Translations under genes and position numbers: made by a program
Shown: positions 1 to 8,064 of the stretch, in pieces
Layout of the letters: every line of letters begins with the position of its first letter
How positions within the stretch are numbered: position 1 is the stretch's first letter
The notes under the pieces: model-generated
Database searches by the model: none
Told to the model about the DNA's origin: nothing
The model's input: the letters and a program-made list of their open reading frames with translations, nothing else
Assembly (NCBI GenBank): GCA_050949565.1
Contig: JBMNFY010000008.1
Coordinates: 64,001 to 128,000 of the forward strand
Reading direction: 5' to 3'
DNA from: Kiritimatiellia bacterium
GTDB lineage: Bacteria; Verrucomicrobiota; Kiritimatiellia; RFP12; UBA1067
Length of the DNA: 64,000 nucleotides

Positions 1-2
1 CA

Positions 3-131
3 GCCGAAGACCTCGGATTGGGGAACGGCTGGATACAGGAGTTTGAAGGCGAAGCGCCCGCCGACCTGCTGGGGCAGAATATGCCCGCAGGCGAAGGTGC
101 TGTGGGTGCGGGCTCGAATACGCCCGCGTAG
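3..131 (+). CDS. 3' end of a gene entering from the left, possibly a PflX-like radical SAM protein
   Basis: Open frame AEDLGLGNGWIQEFEG...TPA* ends at TAG 129-131; LGxxNGWIQE resembles PflX-like C-termini (recall only). Confidence 0.4.
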   Translation, partial: AEDLGLGNGWIQEFEGEAPADLLGQNMPAGEGAVGAGSNTPA

Positions 132-185
132 GACAGTGTTATAGAGAGTCAACGGGTCGCGCGGTGCGCGGCTGAAAGGGTAACG

Positions 186-950
186 ATGAGCGGTCATAGT
201 AAGTGGTCCACCATTAAGCACAAGAAGGGCGCGGCGGATGCCAAGCGCGGTAAGATTTTTTCAAAAATTGCCAAGGAAATGACGATCGTTGCCAAGGCAG
301 GCGGCGGCGACCCCAACACCAATCCCACGTTGCGCACCCTGATCGCGAAGGCTAAAGCGGTCAACATGCCTAACGACAACATCGACCGCGCCATCAAAAA
401 GGGCACGGGCGAGTTGGCGGCCGACATCCTTGAGGAGATCACCTACGAGGGGTACGCGCAAGGCGGCGTGGGGCTGGTGGTCAAGGTACTGACGGACAAC
501 AAGAACCGCGCGGCGGCCGAAGTCCGCAACATCTTCAAGAAGAACGGTTCTGATTTTGCGACCCTGGGCTCGGTCTCGCGCGGCTTCGAGCGCAAGGGCA
601 CGATCATGATTCCGGCGGCCGAAGGAGTGACCGAAGAAAAAGTGATGGAGGTGGTCCTCATTGCGGGTGCCGAAGACATGGAATCTGAAGAGGACGGCTT
701 CACTGTCACCTGTTCACCCGCAGCGTTCTCGGATGTGTGCGCGGCGCTGGAGGCAGCCGAGATCGTGTTCGATCAGGAAAACTCACAGGTCGGCCTCGTG
801 GCGCAAACCTTGGTGCCGGTCAAAGAGTTGTCGGTCGCCAAGGCGGTCAACAAGTTCGTCGACGCGCTGGAAGAGCATGATGACGTGCAGGACGTCTACA
901 CCAACATGGATATCGACGACGCGCTCGTCGAGCAGCTTGAAGCCGAATAA
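186..950 (+). CDS. yebC: YebC/PmpR family protein
   Basis: MSGHSKWSTIKHKKGAADAKRGKIFSK start, YEGY and DDVQDVYTN motifs. Confidence 0.97.
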   Translation: MSGHSKWSTIKHKKGAADAKRGKIFSKIAKEMTIVAKAGGGDPNTNPTLRTLIAKAKAVNMPNDNIDRAIKKGTGELAADILEEITYEGYAQGGVGLVVKVLTDNKNRAAAEVRNIFKKNGSDFATLGSVSRGFERKGTIMIPAAEGVTEEKVMEVVLIAGAEDMESEEDGFTVTCSPAAFSDVCAALEAAEIVFDQENSQVGLVAQTLVPVKELSVAKAVNKFVDALEEHDDVQDVYTNMDIDDALVEQLEAE

Positions 951-978
951 TCGGCCGAACGACGTGATCCACGATACG

Positions 979-1008
979 GACGCAGGCGCACCGCCTGCGT
1001 CTTTTTTT
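979..1008 (+). terminator. Intrinsic terminator after yebC
   Basis: GACGCAGGCG-CAC-CGCCTGCGTC stem followed by T7. Confidence 0.85.
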
Positions 1009-1031
1009 GTGCCGTGGCGACGGATGCGCCC

Positions 1032-3263
1032 CTATTCCGCTGACGGCTGCTTTTCAGAACTGTCCCGCACATCCGCGAACAGCCGCAAATCGGAGGGCGC
1101 GGGAAAAGCGGCACAGGCGGAGCGGGCCGCTTCGGTCAGAGGAATCTGCCATGCGTCGAACACCGACGCGATGTTGTGCCCGGTGATGCGCGAGAAGCGG
1201 ATGGCCCACTGGTCGCGTTTATCGGCATCGTTTTTCGGGCGTTGCGCGGGTTCGAGCGTACGGTATTCGGCAAACAGCCGCTCAAACGCCTGCCATCCAT
1301 ACGTCTGTTGCAAACGCACGAACACCTCCAGCGCCAGAAATGGATCGCGGCACCAGGCCTCGTGCGATTTGCCCTCCGCCACCCATTTGCGCACGGTTTT
1401 CTGGATGCCGGGTTCCCCCATGCGTGTCTTGCGCGGCGGAATGCCGCAGGCATGCTCCATGTTGTAGAGCGTGAAAAAATTCACCGTGACCTCGCCGGTG
1501 CCATGGAAGGTCCAATCCCCGTTTTGATGGTTGTGGCCGAGTTCATGGAAAAAGCCCCAGTCGCCTTTCTCCCGCAGCTTGGCCAAGTTGACCAGATCAG
1601 GCGCCGTGACCGTCGGGATCATAATAGGATAGCCGGCATGCATCCAGCCCGCGCACAACTGGACGTCGGCGCAGAAGCGCTCCGGCGAGCGGCGCTCGGG
1701 AGGCAACCCGGTCAGCCGCGCGTCTTGATCCGCGATACGGTCCCAGAATTCGAGCAGGGCCAGCGGGTCTTCCAGTCCGCGCACCGCCTCGGACGGCACC
1801 GTCAGGATCACCTTGTCGCTTTCAATTTCGGCCCAAGGCGATGGCAGCGCGCGCATCGTCGTGCGCCACGCCGCTACGGTATCGCGTCCCTTTTTGAACC
1901 AGATCGTCTGACAGGCATTCCGCAACGTCACGCGCACGATGCGCTCCGCGGCCTCGACCTTATCCGGCACGACCACATAGATCAATCCGCCGAAGGGCGA
2001 AGCGAATTCCACCCGTGTCGCATTGAGCGGCACGGTCACATCCACTTTCGGCGCGCGACGCCACTCGTCATGGCGCGTGTTGTCGCAGGTTGTGGTGCCG
2101 ATCCGCAGTTTGAGTCCCAACTTCTCGGCCCCGGCCGGCAGTTCGACGGTAACCGGCTCCCCCGCTACGGCGTAAAGCCCCGTGCTGCGCCAGCGCGGCA
2201 CATCGAGATTCACGGCCACCACGCGCCTGCCACGCGGCGCATTGCGCGGCGGCAGACCCGGATAGACTGCCGCTGCCGGATGCGCGGCCCACAGGTCGAG
2301 CGGCTTGGCACGCCACGCGCGCTGGTGGTCGATCAACGCGAGGCGCGCCGCGATGTCAGCCGCCGTGAGCGGCGCGTCGGGCGTCGGCAGTTTGGCTGCC
2401 GCCGGCGAATCTGCCAGCGTCTTCAACGCAGTGGACAACGCGCACGGCTCGGGCGGCAGCACCGCACGGGCCGCGCAGAGCGTGTGGCTGATCTGACGTA
2501 GCGTCGCGCGGTCGGTCACGCCACCCGCAACGGCCAGCCGCAGCGCCTCCGTCGCATTCACCGCCGCCGGAATCTCGCGGTCGGTGCGATACCCCTCCGG
2601 ATCTGTGCGGTTGGCGAAATCGTCATTGATGAAGAGGCCCGCCGGTCCGAGCAGGCGGTTGAACAGGTTTTCTGTGGCCAGGGATTTGCCGCCGGTCACC
2701 TGCTGCCAGCCCCATCCGATACCGGAGGCCAACAACCCACCACCGCCCGTGATAAAGGCGCGCACACGTTCGACGTCATCCCCCTTCAAGCTGTCGGGAT
2801 AGGCCGCAAGGACACTGCGGGCAGTAAGCGCATCGAGCGAAGGGATTTCACGTACGTTCAGGCCCTCGATGCCGGACAGCGCGCGGGTCATGGCTGCATC
2901 GCGGTAGACCATCACAACCACATCGCTCTGCCCCTTACCGAGCCAGCGCACGGCATTGCGGATGAAGATCGCGGTATCGGCCTTAGCAACCCCTTCCGTG
3001 TAAAACGAGGGATGCCCCACCGCGACGACGCGTCCCTGCCCGTAATGACTAGCGGCGGCGACGGGCTGCACCGACTGTCCGCACGCCGCACCCACCAACG
3101 GAAATGCGTTCGATCCCACACACAGCACGACTCCCGGAGCGCCTCCTGAGTCGATGGCGCGCACGTGCTGCAACAAGGCACCGCGTGCCTCATCCTGCAA
3201 CGTCGCGCCGCAAGCGACCGCGACACATCCAACAATACCCGCTATCCAACCCATCATGCGCAT
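1032..3263 (-). CDS. Secreted M60-like (enhancin-like) zinc metallopeptidase
   Basis: WGFFHELGHNHQ...GEVTVN gluzincin motif, STGLYA M60-like N-terminal motif, signal peptide from MRMMGWIAG (start placed at 3263). Confidence 0.88.
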   Translation of the reverse strand: MRMMGWIAGIVGCVAVACGATLQDEARGALLQHVRAIDSGGAPGVVLCVGSNAFPLVGAACGQSVQPVAAASHYGQGRVVAVGHPSFYTEGVAKADTAIFIRNAVRWLGKGQSDVVVMVYRDAAMTRALSGIEGLNVREIPSLDALTARSVLAAYPDSLKGDDVERVRAFITGGGGLLASGIGWGWQQVTGGKSLATENLFNRLLGPAGLFINDDFANRTDPEGYRTDREIPAAVNATEALRLAVAGGVTDRATLRQISHTLCAARAVLPPEPCALSTALKTLADSPAAAKLPTPDAPLTAADIAARLALIDHQRAWRAKPLDLWAAHPAAAVYPGLPPRNAPRGRRVVAVNLDVPRWRSTGLYAVAGEPVTVELPAGAEKLGLKLRIGTTTCDNTRHDEWRRAPKVDVTVPLNATRVEFASPFGGLIYVVVPDKVEAAERIVRVTLRNACQTIWFKKGRDTVAAWRTTMRALPSPWAEIESDKVILTVPSEAVRGLEDPLALLEFWDRIADQDARLTGLPPERRSPERFCADVQLCAGWMHAGYPIMIPTVTAPDLVNLAKLREKGDWGFFHELGHNHQNGDWTFHGTGEVTVNFFTLYNMEHACGIPPRKTRMGEPGIQKTVRKWVAEGKSHEAWCRDPFLALEVFVRLQQTYGWQAFERLFAEYRTLEPAQRPKNDADKRDQWAIRFSRITGHNIASVFDAWQIPLTEAARSACAAFPAPSDLRLFADVRDSSEKQPSAE

Positions 3264-3390
3264 GAATATCCCTCCCGGTGCCGACGGAACACGGCACACC
3301 GTTTGTGGTGCGTGTTTTCTATCAGAAGCCATTGCGTCGAGTCAAGCGTGAGGTAATCTGTTCGATAGACTTGCGGAGCATCGCGAGTAT

Positions 3391-3500
3391 CAATTTTGAG
3401 AATTTTTGGGGTTGACTTTTACCCCCCCCGCACAATGCGTGCCAACCGTAGGGACCGGTGGGCTACCGGTTAATCCTACGGGATGGTAATGAACAGAATC
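3391..3500 (+). promoter_or_regulatory. Poly-C promoter plus hairpin leader, copy 1 (C8)
   Basis: GGTTGACTTTTA-C8-GCACAATGCGTGCCAACC is nearly identical to 38973-39011 and is followed by a CGTAGG...CCTACG hairpin. Confidence 0.6.
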
Positions 3501-3517
3501 CAACCGAAAGGTCACTT

Positions 3518-5029
3518 ATGAACGGAAACAGAAACACCGTATCCTGTTCCGCGTTCCTCTCCCGCTTGGCGCGCCTCTGTGCGCTTGCTGTAGCGGGGCT
3601 GTTCGCGGCAACGGCCACCGCCGACCCGTACCTCACATTCTCAAGCGCGGACACGTTCACGATCACGCCGCAGGAAGCGTTGTGGGACGGGACGCTCCAG
3701 TACTCCACCGACGGGCAGAACTGGGCGGCCTTCGGCACCGCCGGCGCGACCGCGGCGGACGACGGCTCCGGCACGTACAAGCTCTACCTCCAAGGGACGG
3801 ACAACACCCGCATCTCGGCCGCCACCACGAACGCGATCGCCTGGACGCTGACCGCCGCCGGGACGGTCGCCTGCTCCGGCAACATCGAGGCCCTGCTCGA
3901 CCATGCGGCGGTGGCCGCCGGACAGCATCCGGCGATGGCCGACTACTGCTTCGCAAACCTGTTCACAAACTGGACGGCATTGGTGCAGGCACCTGCGCTG
4001 CCGGCCACGACGATGACCACCTACTGCTATGGCAGAATGTTCCTCGGCTGCACGGGCCTGACGCGGGCACCCGTGCTGCCGGCCATGACGCTGGCTCCCG
4101 TTTGGTGCTACGGCGGCATGTTCCGGGGTTGCACGGGGCTAACGAAGGCACCTGCGCTTCCGGCCACGACGCTGGCCGAACGATGCTACCAGGCCATGTT
4201 CAACGGCTGTACGGGGCTGGTGCAGGCACCTGCGCTGCCCGCGACGACACTGGCCGATCAGTGCTACGGCGGCATGTTCTGGGGCTGCACGGGGCTAACG
4301 AAGGCACCGGAGCTGCCGGCCACGACGCTGGCCTATCGTTGCTACAGCAGCATGTTCCGGCGCTGCACGGGACTGACGCAAGCACCCGCGCTGCCGGCCA
4401 CGACGCTGACCGATCACTGCTACGACTGCATGTTCGAAGGCTGCACGGGCTTGACGCAGGTACCTGCACTGCCCGCCACGACGCTGGCCCCCTATTGCTA
4501 CGGTGCCATGTTCTGGGGCTGCACGGGTCTGACGTGGGTGCCTAAACTGTCGGCGACGGCGCTGGCTGATTACTGCTACGCCGGTATGTTCCGGGACTGC
4601 GCGGGCATCTCGTTGCACGCCCAAGGCCCCGGCACGGAGTGGAGCATCCCGTCCGCTGCGGTGCCCGCAACGGGCTGGCACAACGGTATGTTCGCCGGCA
4701 CGAGCGGCACCTTCACCGGCAATCCGGTTATCGGCGTCGTCTACTACTGCACGTCGGGTAGCGGCCCCGGCCCCGATCCCGATGACCCGGAAGCGCCGAA
4801 CATCGTCGCGATCACCGTCGACCCCGGCGCCTCGACGCTCGCCATCACGATCGACAACGCCATAACCGGCGCGTGGTACACGCTCCTTGTGGCGGACGAG
4901 CTTGGCGATCCTTGGGCGGTCAGCCCGGCCGTCCAGGCGACGGCGGACGGCATTCTGATCTTCCAGAACGTGCCCGCGACGCTGCCGCACCGCTTCTACA
5001 AGGTGAGGGCCAGCGCGACCCAGCCGTAG
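3518..5029 (+). CDS. Secreted LRR-like surface protein with 26-aa repeats and a C-terminal RFYKV domain
   Basis: Signal peptide; about 8 repeats of APALPATTLAxxCYxxMFxGCTGL; Pro/Asp linker; start placed at ATG 3518 after GAAAGG. Confidence 0.85.
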   Translation: MNGNRNTVSCSAFLSRLARLCALAVAGLFAATATADPYLTFSSADTFTITPQEALWDGTLQYSTDGQNWAAFGTAGATAADDGSGTYKLYLQGTDNTRISAATTNAIAWTLTAAGTVACSGNIEALLDHAAVAAGQHPAMADYCFANLFTNWTALVQAPALPATTMTTYCYGRMFLGCTGLTRAPVLPAMTLAPVWCYGGMFRGCTGLTKAPALPATTLAERCYQAMFNGCTGLVQAPALPATTLADQCYGGMFWGCTGLTKAPELPATTLAYRCYSSMFRRCTGLTQAPALPATTLTDHCYDCMFEGCTGLTQVPALPATTLAPYCYGAMFWGCTGLTWVPKLSATALADYCYAGMFRDCAGISLHAQGPGTEWSIPSAAVPATGWHNGMFAGTSGTFTGNPVIGVVYYCTSGSGPGPDPDDPEAPNIVAITVDPGASTLAITIDNAITGAWYTLLVADELGDPWAVSPAVQATADGILIFQNVPATLPHRFYKVRASATQP

Positions 5030-5080
5030 CCGCAAGCGATTACAACGAAAGACAGATAACGAACAAAGGATGACTAATGA

Positions 5081-5119
5081 CGCGGGGGACGAGCGGACGC
5101 TTGTTCCCCGCGCATTTTT
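5081..5119 (+). terminator. Intrinsic terminator
   Basis: CGCGGGGGACGAGC-GGAC-GCTTGTTCCCCGCG followed by CATTTTT. Confidence 0.7.
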
Positions 5120-5207
5120 GAACGTCGAACGCAGAACATTGAACGCAGAACGCAGAAGGTTGGGAAGGCTTATTACCTCTTACCTACTACCTCTTACCTA
5201 TTACCTA
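5120..5207. repeat. Two adjacent heptamer arrays, (GAACGCA)n and (TTACCTA)n
   Basis: Degenerate 7-nt units at 5120-5161 and 5173-5207; the last unit contains the stop codon of the minus-strand gene. Confidence 0.85.
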
Positions 5208-7022
5208 TGCCGGTGTTGACACGAACGAAACGATAGATCGGCGGAACGATGCGTGCTGCGGTTCGATTTGACTTTTGCGGAAGAAGGTTTGCCAGTCTGG
5301 CGAGGTTGGAGACTGCTCCTCGTAGTCTTGCAATGTAAGTCCGTCGGCTTCCCGGACAGTCAGCTTTGAGGTGCGCTGTACGGGAATATACTCGACCCAT
5401 TTGACGGGGATCTCATGCCAGTTGCCGTCCCCCCCCAACTTTGAGACATAGTCAACTCGGTGCTCTCCCCGGAAACCGTGCGCGGTAACGGCCACCTCCG
5501 TGTAACCGGCATCCGTGCGGACAGCTTGCGTTTTGAGCAGGTTTTCGGTGACGGATTCGTCATGCTCGAAGGCATGCTGTCCGTGGAAGTTGGCGATGGC
5601 CTCGTGTTCCCAGAATGAAGCGGTCTTACCCAGCACACTCGCATAGATGTCGGCGTGGGAACGATGTTGTTGGTAGAGGGGAATGGTTAGAACCGGAGCG
5701 AGAGCAAAATACAGGGCGCGAAAATAGGCATTGCTGTAGGTGTTGAAAAACTCGCGGGCGGCGGCAAGATCGTAATTATGAAAAAGCGAGGGGGCAGCCG
5801 TGATGTCGGTCGTCGCAAGGTGTGCGGGCCTGACAAGGTTAATCATGCGGTCTTTGATAAAGACAAAATTGTCGCCAAAGCCGACGGTCTTGTCGCGCAG
5901 GAGATTAAGCATCTGTTGCTGCGCCAGAGGGGTAAAGAGCAGGCGAAACTGAACTTCGTCGTTGCGGTCGGTGGCGTGGAAAAGCGCGGCGAATTGCCGG
6001 TTGGACATGATGGTGTACCCGTACTCGTCATCGAGATTGCGGGAGAACGCTTCGAGTTTGGCGACGGTACGCTTCATACGCCACCTGCTAAAAAAACCAT
6101 CGCCAGCATTTGAAAGGCTGGAGGGCGTGCGGCTGAAGGTAAGGTCAGGGGCGGCCTCGTTGCCGTAGATGAGGAATTTTTCGCGGGAGTATTCCGGCGC
6201 AGGCTTGTCGACGGATGCGTGAAGCGTCTCGGTGCGCGTAACCCAGCGCGTCCGGGTGCGGCCCTCGGAATCTGTGTAACTTTCGCGTTCCTGCCAAGAG
6301 ATCGTGATCGAGCCATGGTAGGTCTTGGTTCCCATACGGAAGTCGAGCGTCTCGGCAAGGACAAAGGGATTGCCGTTGATTTCCCCGCTCTGCGCGAAGA
6401 GCACGGATCTATCACGGTTAAAGCTGTCATCCCAGCCGAAGGAATGGTACAACTCGTCGAGTCGCGCGCGAGAGAAGTATGGGTCGAGCGCAAGGCGCGG
6501 GACAGTCTGCTGGACAAGCTTGGCGATCATGCCCCAGTCATAAAGCCGGTTGAGCGGGGCAAGTTGCGCTGACGCCTCGGCCACTTTCTCCTCGCGGTGC
6601 TCAGCAAGCGACCGGAGGCGTTCGTCCAACAAGCGGATAGCTGGATTCAGTTTGGCAGCGATGAACGCAATACCGGCCGCTGCAACCGCAGCGCAAATCG
6701 CCGCCCATAGGCCGTTGACACGTATCGGGAGTTCAATGTCCGGCGAGAGAAACGGCAAAATGAAAAGTACAAGACCGATGAACCCCACAATGACGATGAT
6801 GACAGACAACGCCCGCAGTACCTTCCAATTGGAACGGCTCGAATCCGCGGCGGCGAGTTGCGCGTCGAGCGCACGTATTTCCGTCATGGTTGCGGCGTTG
6901 GCATCCCCGTCCACACCGGAACGTTCGACCAACTTCTCAAAAAAGGCGGCCGTGTTTTCTGCGTGCTCCGCCTTGAAACGGTCGCGATAGAGGGCCAACG
7001 GTTCGTAGACATCTTCCGTCAA
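5205..7022 (-). CDS. LemA-associated membrane protein (two TM helices plus a large soluble domain, MAG1210-like)
   Basis: 605-aa ORF; TTG start overlaps the lemA stop (TTGA); N-terminal YEPL..Y...FK..H..N motif. Confidence 0.7.
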   Translation of the reverse strand: MTEDVYEPLALYRDRFKAEHAENTAAFFEKLVERSGVDGDANAATMTEIRALDAQLAAADSSRSNWKVLRALSVIIVIVGFIGLVLFILPFLSPDIELPIRVNGLWAAICAAVAAAGIAFIAAKLNPAIRLLDERLRSLAEHREEKVAEASAQLAPLNRLYDWGMIAKLVQQTVPRLALDPYFSRARLDELYHSFGWDDSFNRDRSVLFAQSGEINGNPFVLAETLDFRMGTKTYHGSITISWQERESYTDSEGRTRTRWVTRTETLHASVDKPAPEYSREKFLIYGNEAAPDLTFSRTPSSLSNAGDGFFSRWRMKRTVAKLEAFSRNLDDEYGYTIMSNRQFAALFHATDRNDEVQFRLLFTPLAQQQMLNLLRDKTVGFGDNFVFIKDRMINLVRPAHLATTDITAAPSLFHNYDLAAAREFFNTYSNAYFRALYFALAPVLTIPLYQQHRSHADIYASVLGKTASFWEHEAIANFHGQHAFEHDESVTENLLKTQAVRTDAGYTEVAVTAHGFRGEHRVDYVSKLGGDGNWHEIPVKWVEYIPVQRTSKLTVREADGLTLQDYEEQSPTSPDWQTFFRKSQIEPQHASFRRSIVSFVSTPA

Positions 7023-7681
7023 AAGAACGTGCTCCGCGCCTGCGCCTTTGTTTCAGCCGAAGCCGTGAACGGGATACGCGTGGTGTACCCCGCGCGGGCG
7101 GCCACGATCATTTTGGTTGGCCAAGCGAAGATGTCCGTGTTCCAGATATTGACGGTGTCGTTGTACAGCGCGCGTGCAGCCGTAATCTCTTTCTGCAGGT
7201 AGCTGTTCTGGCGCATAGCATCGGCGATAGCGGCGTGAGCTTTAAGCTCGGGATAAGCTTCGACCTGCGGAAAGAGGCGACCGAAAGCGCGATCAAGATG
7301 TCCCGACACGACGTTGCGCTCGTTATCGGCGTGTGCACCCCCCCGGAAGGCAGCGACGGTTTTCATCACATCCTTATCGAGATCGATAGCTTTCTCGACC
7401 AGCGGTGCGACGTTCTGCAGGATCTGCACGCGCTGCTCAAGGAAGTTGTCGATCTGCGAGGCATCGGCTTGAATCTTCTGCTGAAGCTTTTGGAAATAAT
7501 TCCTCGCATTTATTTTCATGAAAAGAAAGATGAGGCCCGGCAAGATGCCGAGCGCCCACAGCATAATCTCGAAAAGCGTCGAACCAAAGCCCACCTTCAC
7601 GGGAATTTGCTTTTCGATGACATTGATATCCCGCCCCTGCTGATTGACAGGCGCATTCATTTCATCCAATTCATTAGCCAT
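7019..7681 (-). CDS. lemA: LemA family protein
   Basis: One TM helix; EAYPELKA and ARALYNDTVNIWN...FAWP motifs; start ATG 7681. Confidence 0.9.
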   Translation of the reverse strand: MANELDEMNAPVNQQGRDINVIEKQIPVKVGFGSTLFEIMLWALGILPGLIFLFMKINARNYFQKLQQKIQADASQIDNFLEQRVQILQNVAPLVEKAIDLDKDVMKTVAAFRGGAHADNERNVVSGHLDRAFGRLFPQVEAYPELKAHAAIADAMRQNSYLQKEITAARALYNDTVNIWNTDIFAWPTKMIVAARAGYTTRIPFTASAETKAQARSTFF

Positions 7682-7784
7682 TCTGTAACCCCCCAATCAA
7701 ATAGGAACGAGTACCCTGTTACACGACTCCCGAACGATAGCACACGCCCTGCCCCATTTCAAGCCACCGCGCAGATCATTTGCA

Positions 7785-7873
7785 GAGTAGCTCTTTTACT
7801 CTCAGGATCGCGAACCACTGTGTGGTCGCAATAAGAGAAGTTGACCCGAGACCTTCGACCCGCGACTTGCGGC
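7785..7873 (-). repeat. Hairpin repeat element C, divergent copy
   Basis: Reverse complement aligns with 37873-37956 and 41414-41497. Confidence 0.8.
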
Positions 7874-7894
7874 TGAGCCCTCCCCCCCAAAAAA

Positions 7895-7960
7895 AATCTG
7901 CGTAATCTTGCAATCTGTGGATCAATAAACCAACTCCTAACTCCTAAATCCTAAATCCTC
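7895..7960. repeat. Degenerate nonamer-like triplet plus (ACTCCTA)n heptamer array
   Basis: ATCTGCGTA-ATCTTGCA-ATCTGTGGA, then ACTCCTA ACTCCTA AATCCTA AATCCTC. Confidence 0.7.
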
Positions 7961-8064
7961 CTTTTCTCCCAAGGCTTGCGTGCATGCTGGAAAACCGCTA
8001 CACTGCCTCCAGTTTTCAAGGTTGTTTAGGGGCGTGGACCGGATTAAATTCAGGTGGTAACACG

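Noticed and set aside
1032-3263. M60 peptidase as evidence of host association
   Set aside because: The family is also widespread in free-living bacteria, and no CBM is evident.
3980-4610. Regularly spaced DNA repeats resembling a CRISPR array or a DGR variable region
   Set aside because: They are in-frame protein repeats; no cas or reverse transcriptase gene, and variation is not adenine-specific.
7882-7896. C7 plus A-run tract as another phase-variable promoter
   Set aside because: Lacks the TTGACT/CACAAT context and lies inside a repeat cluster.
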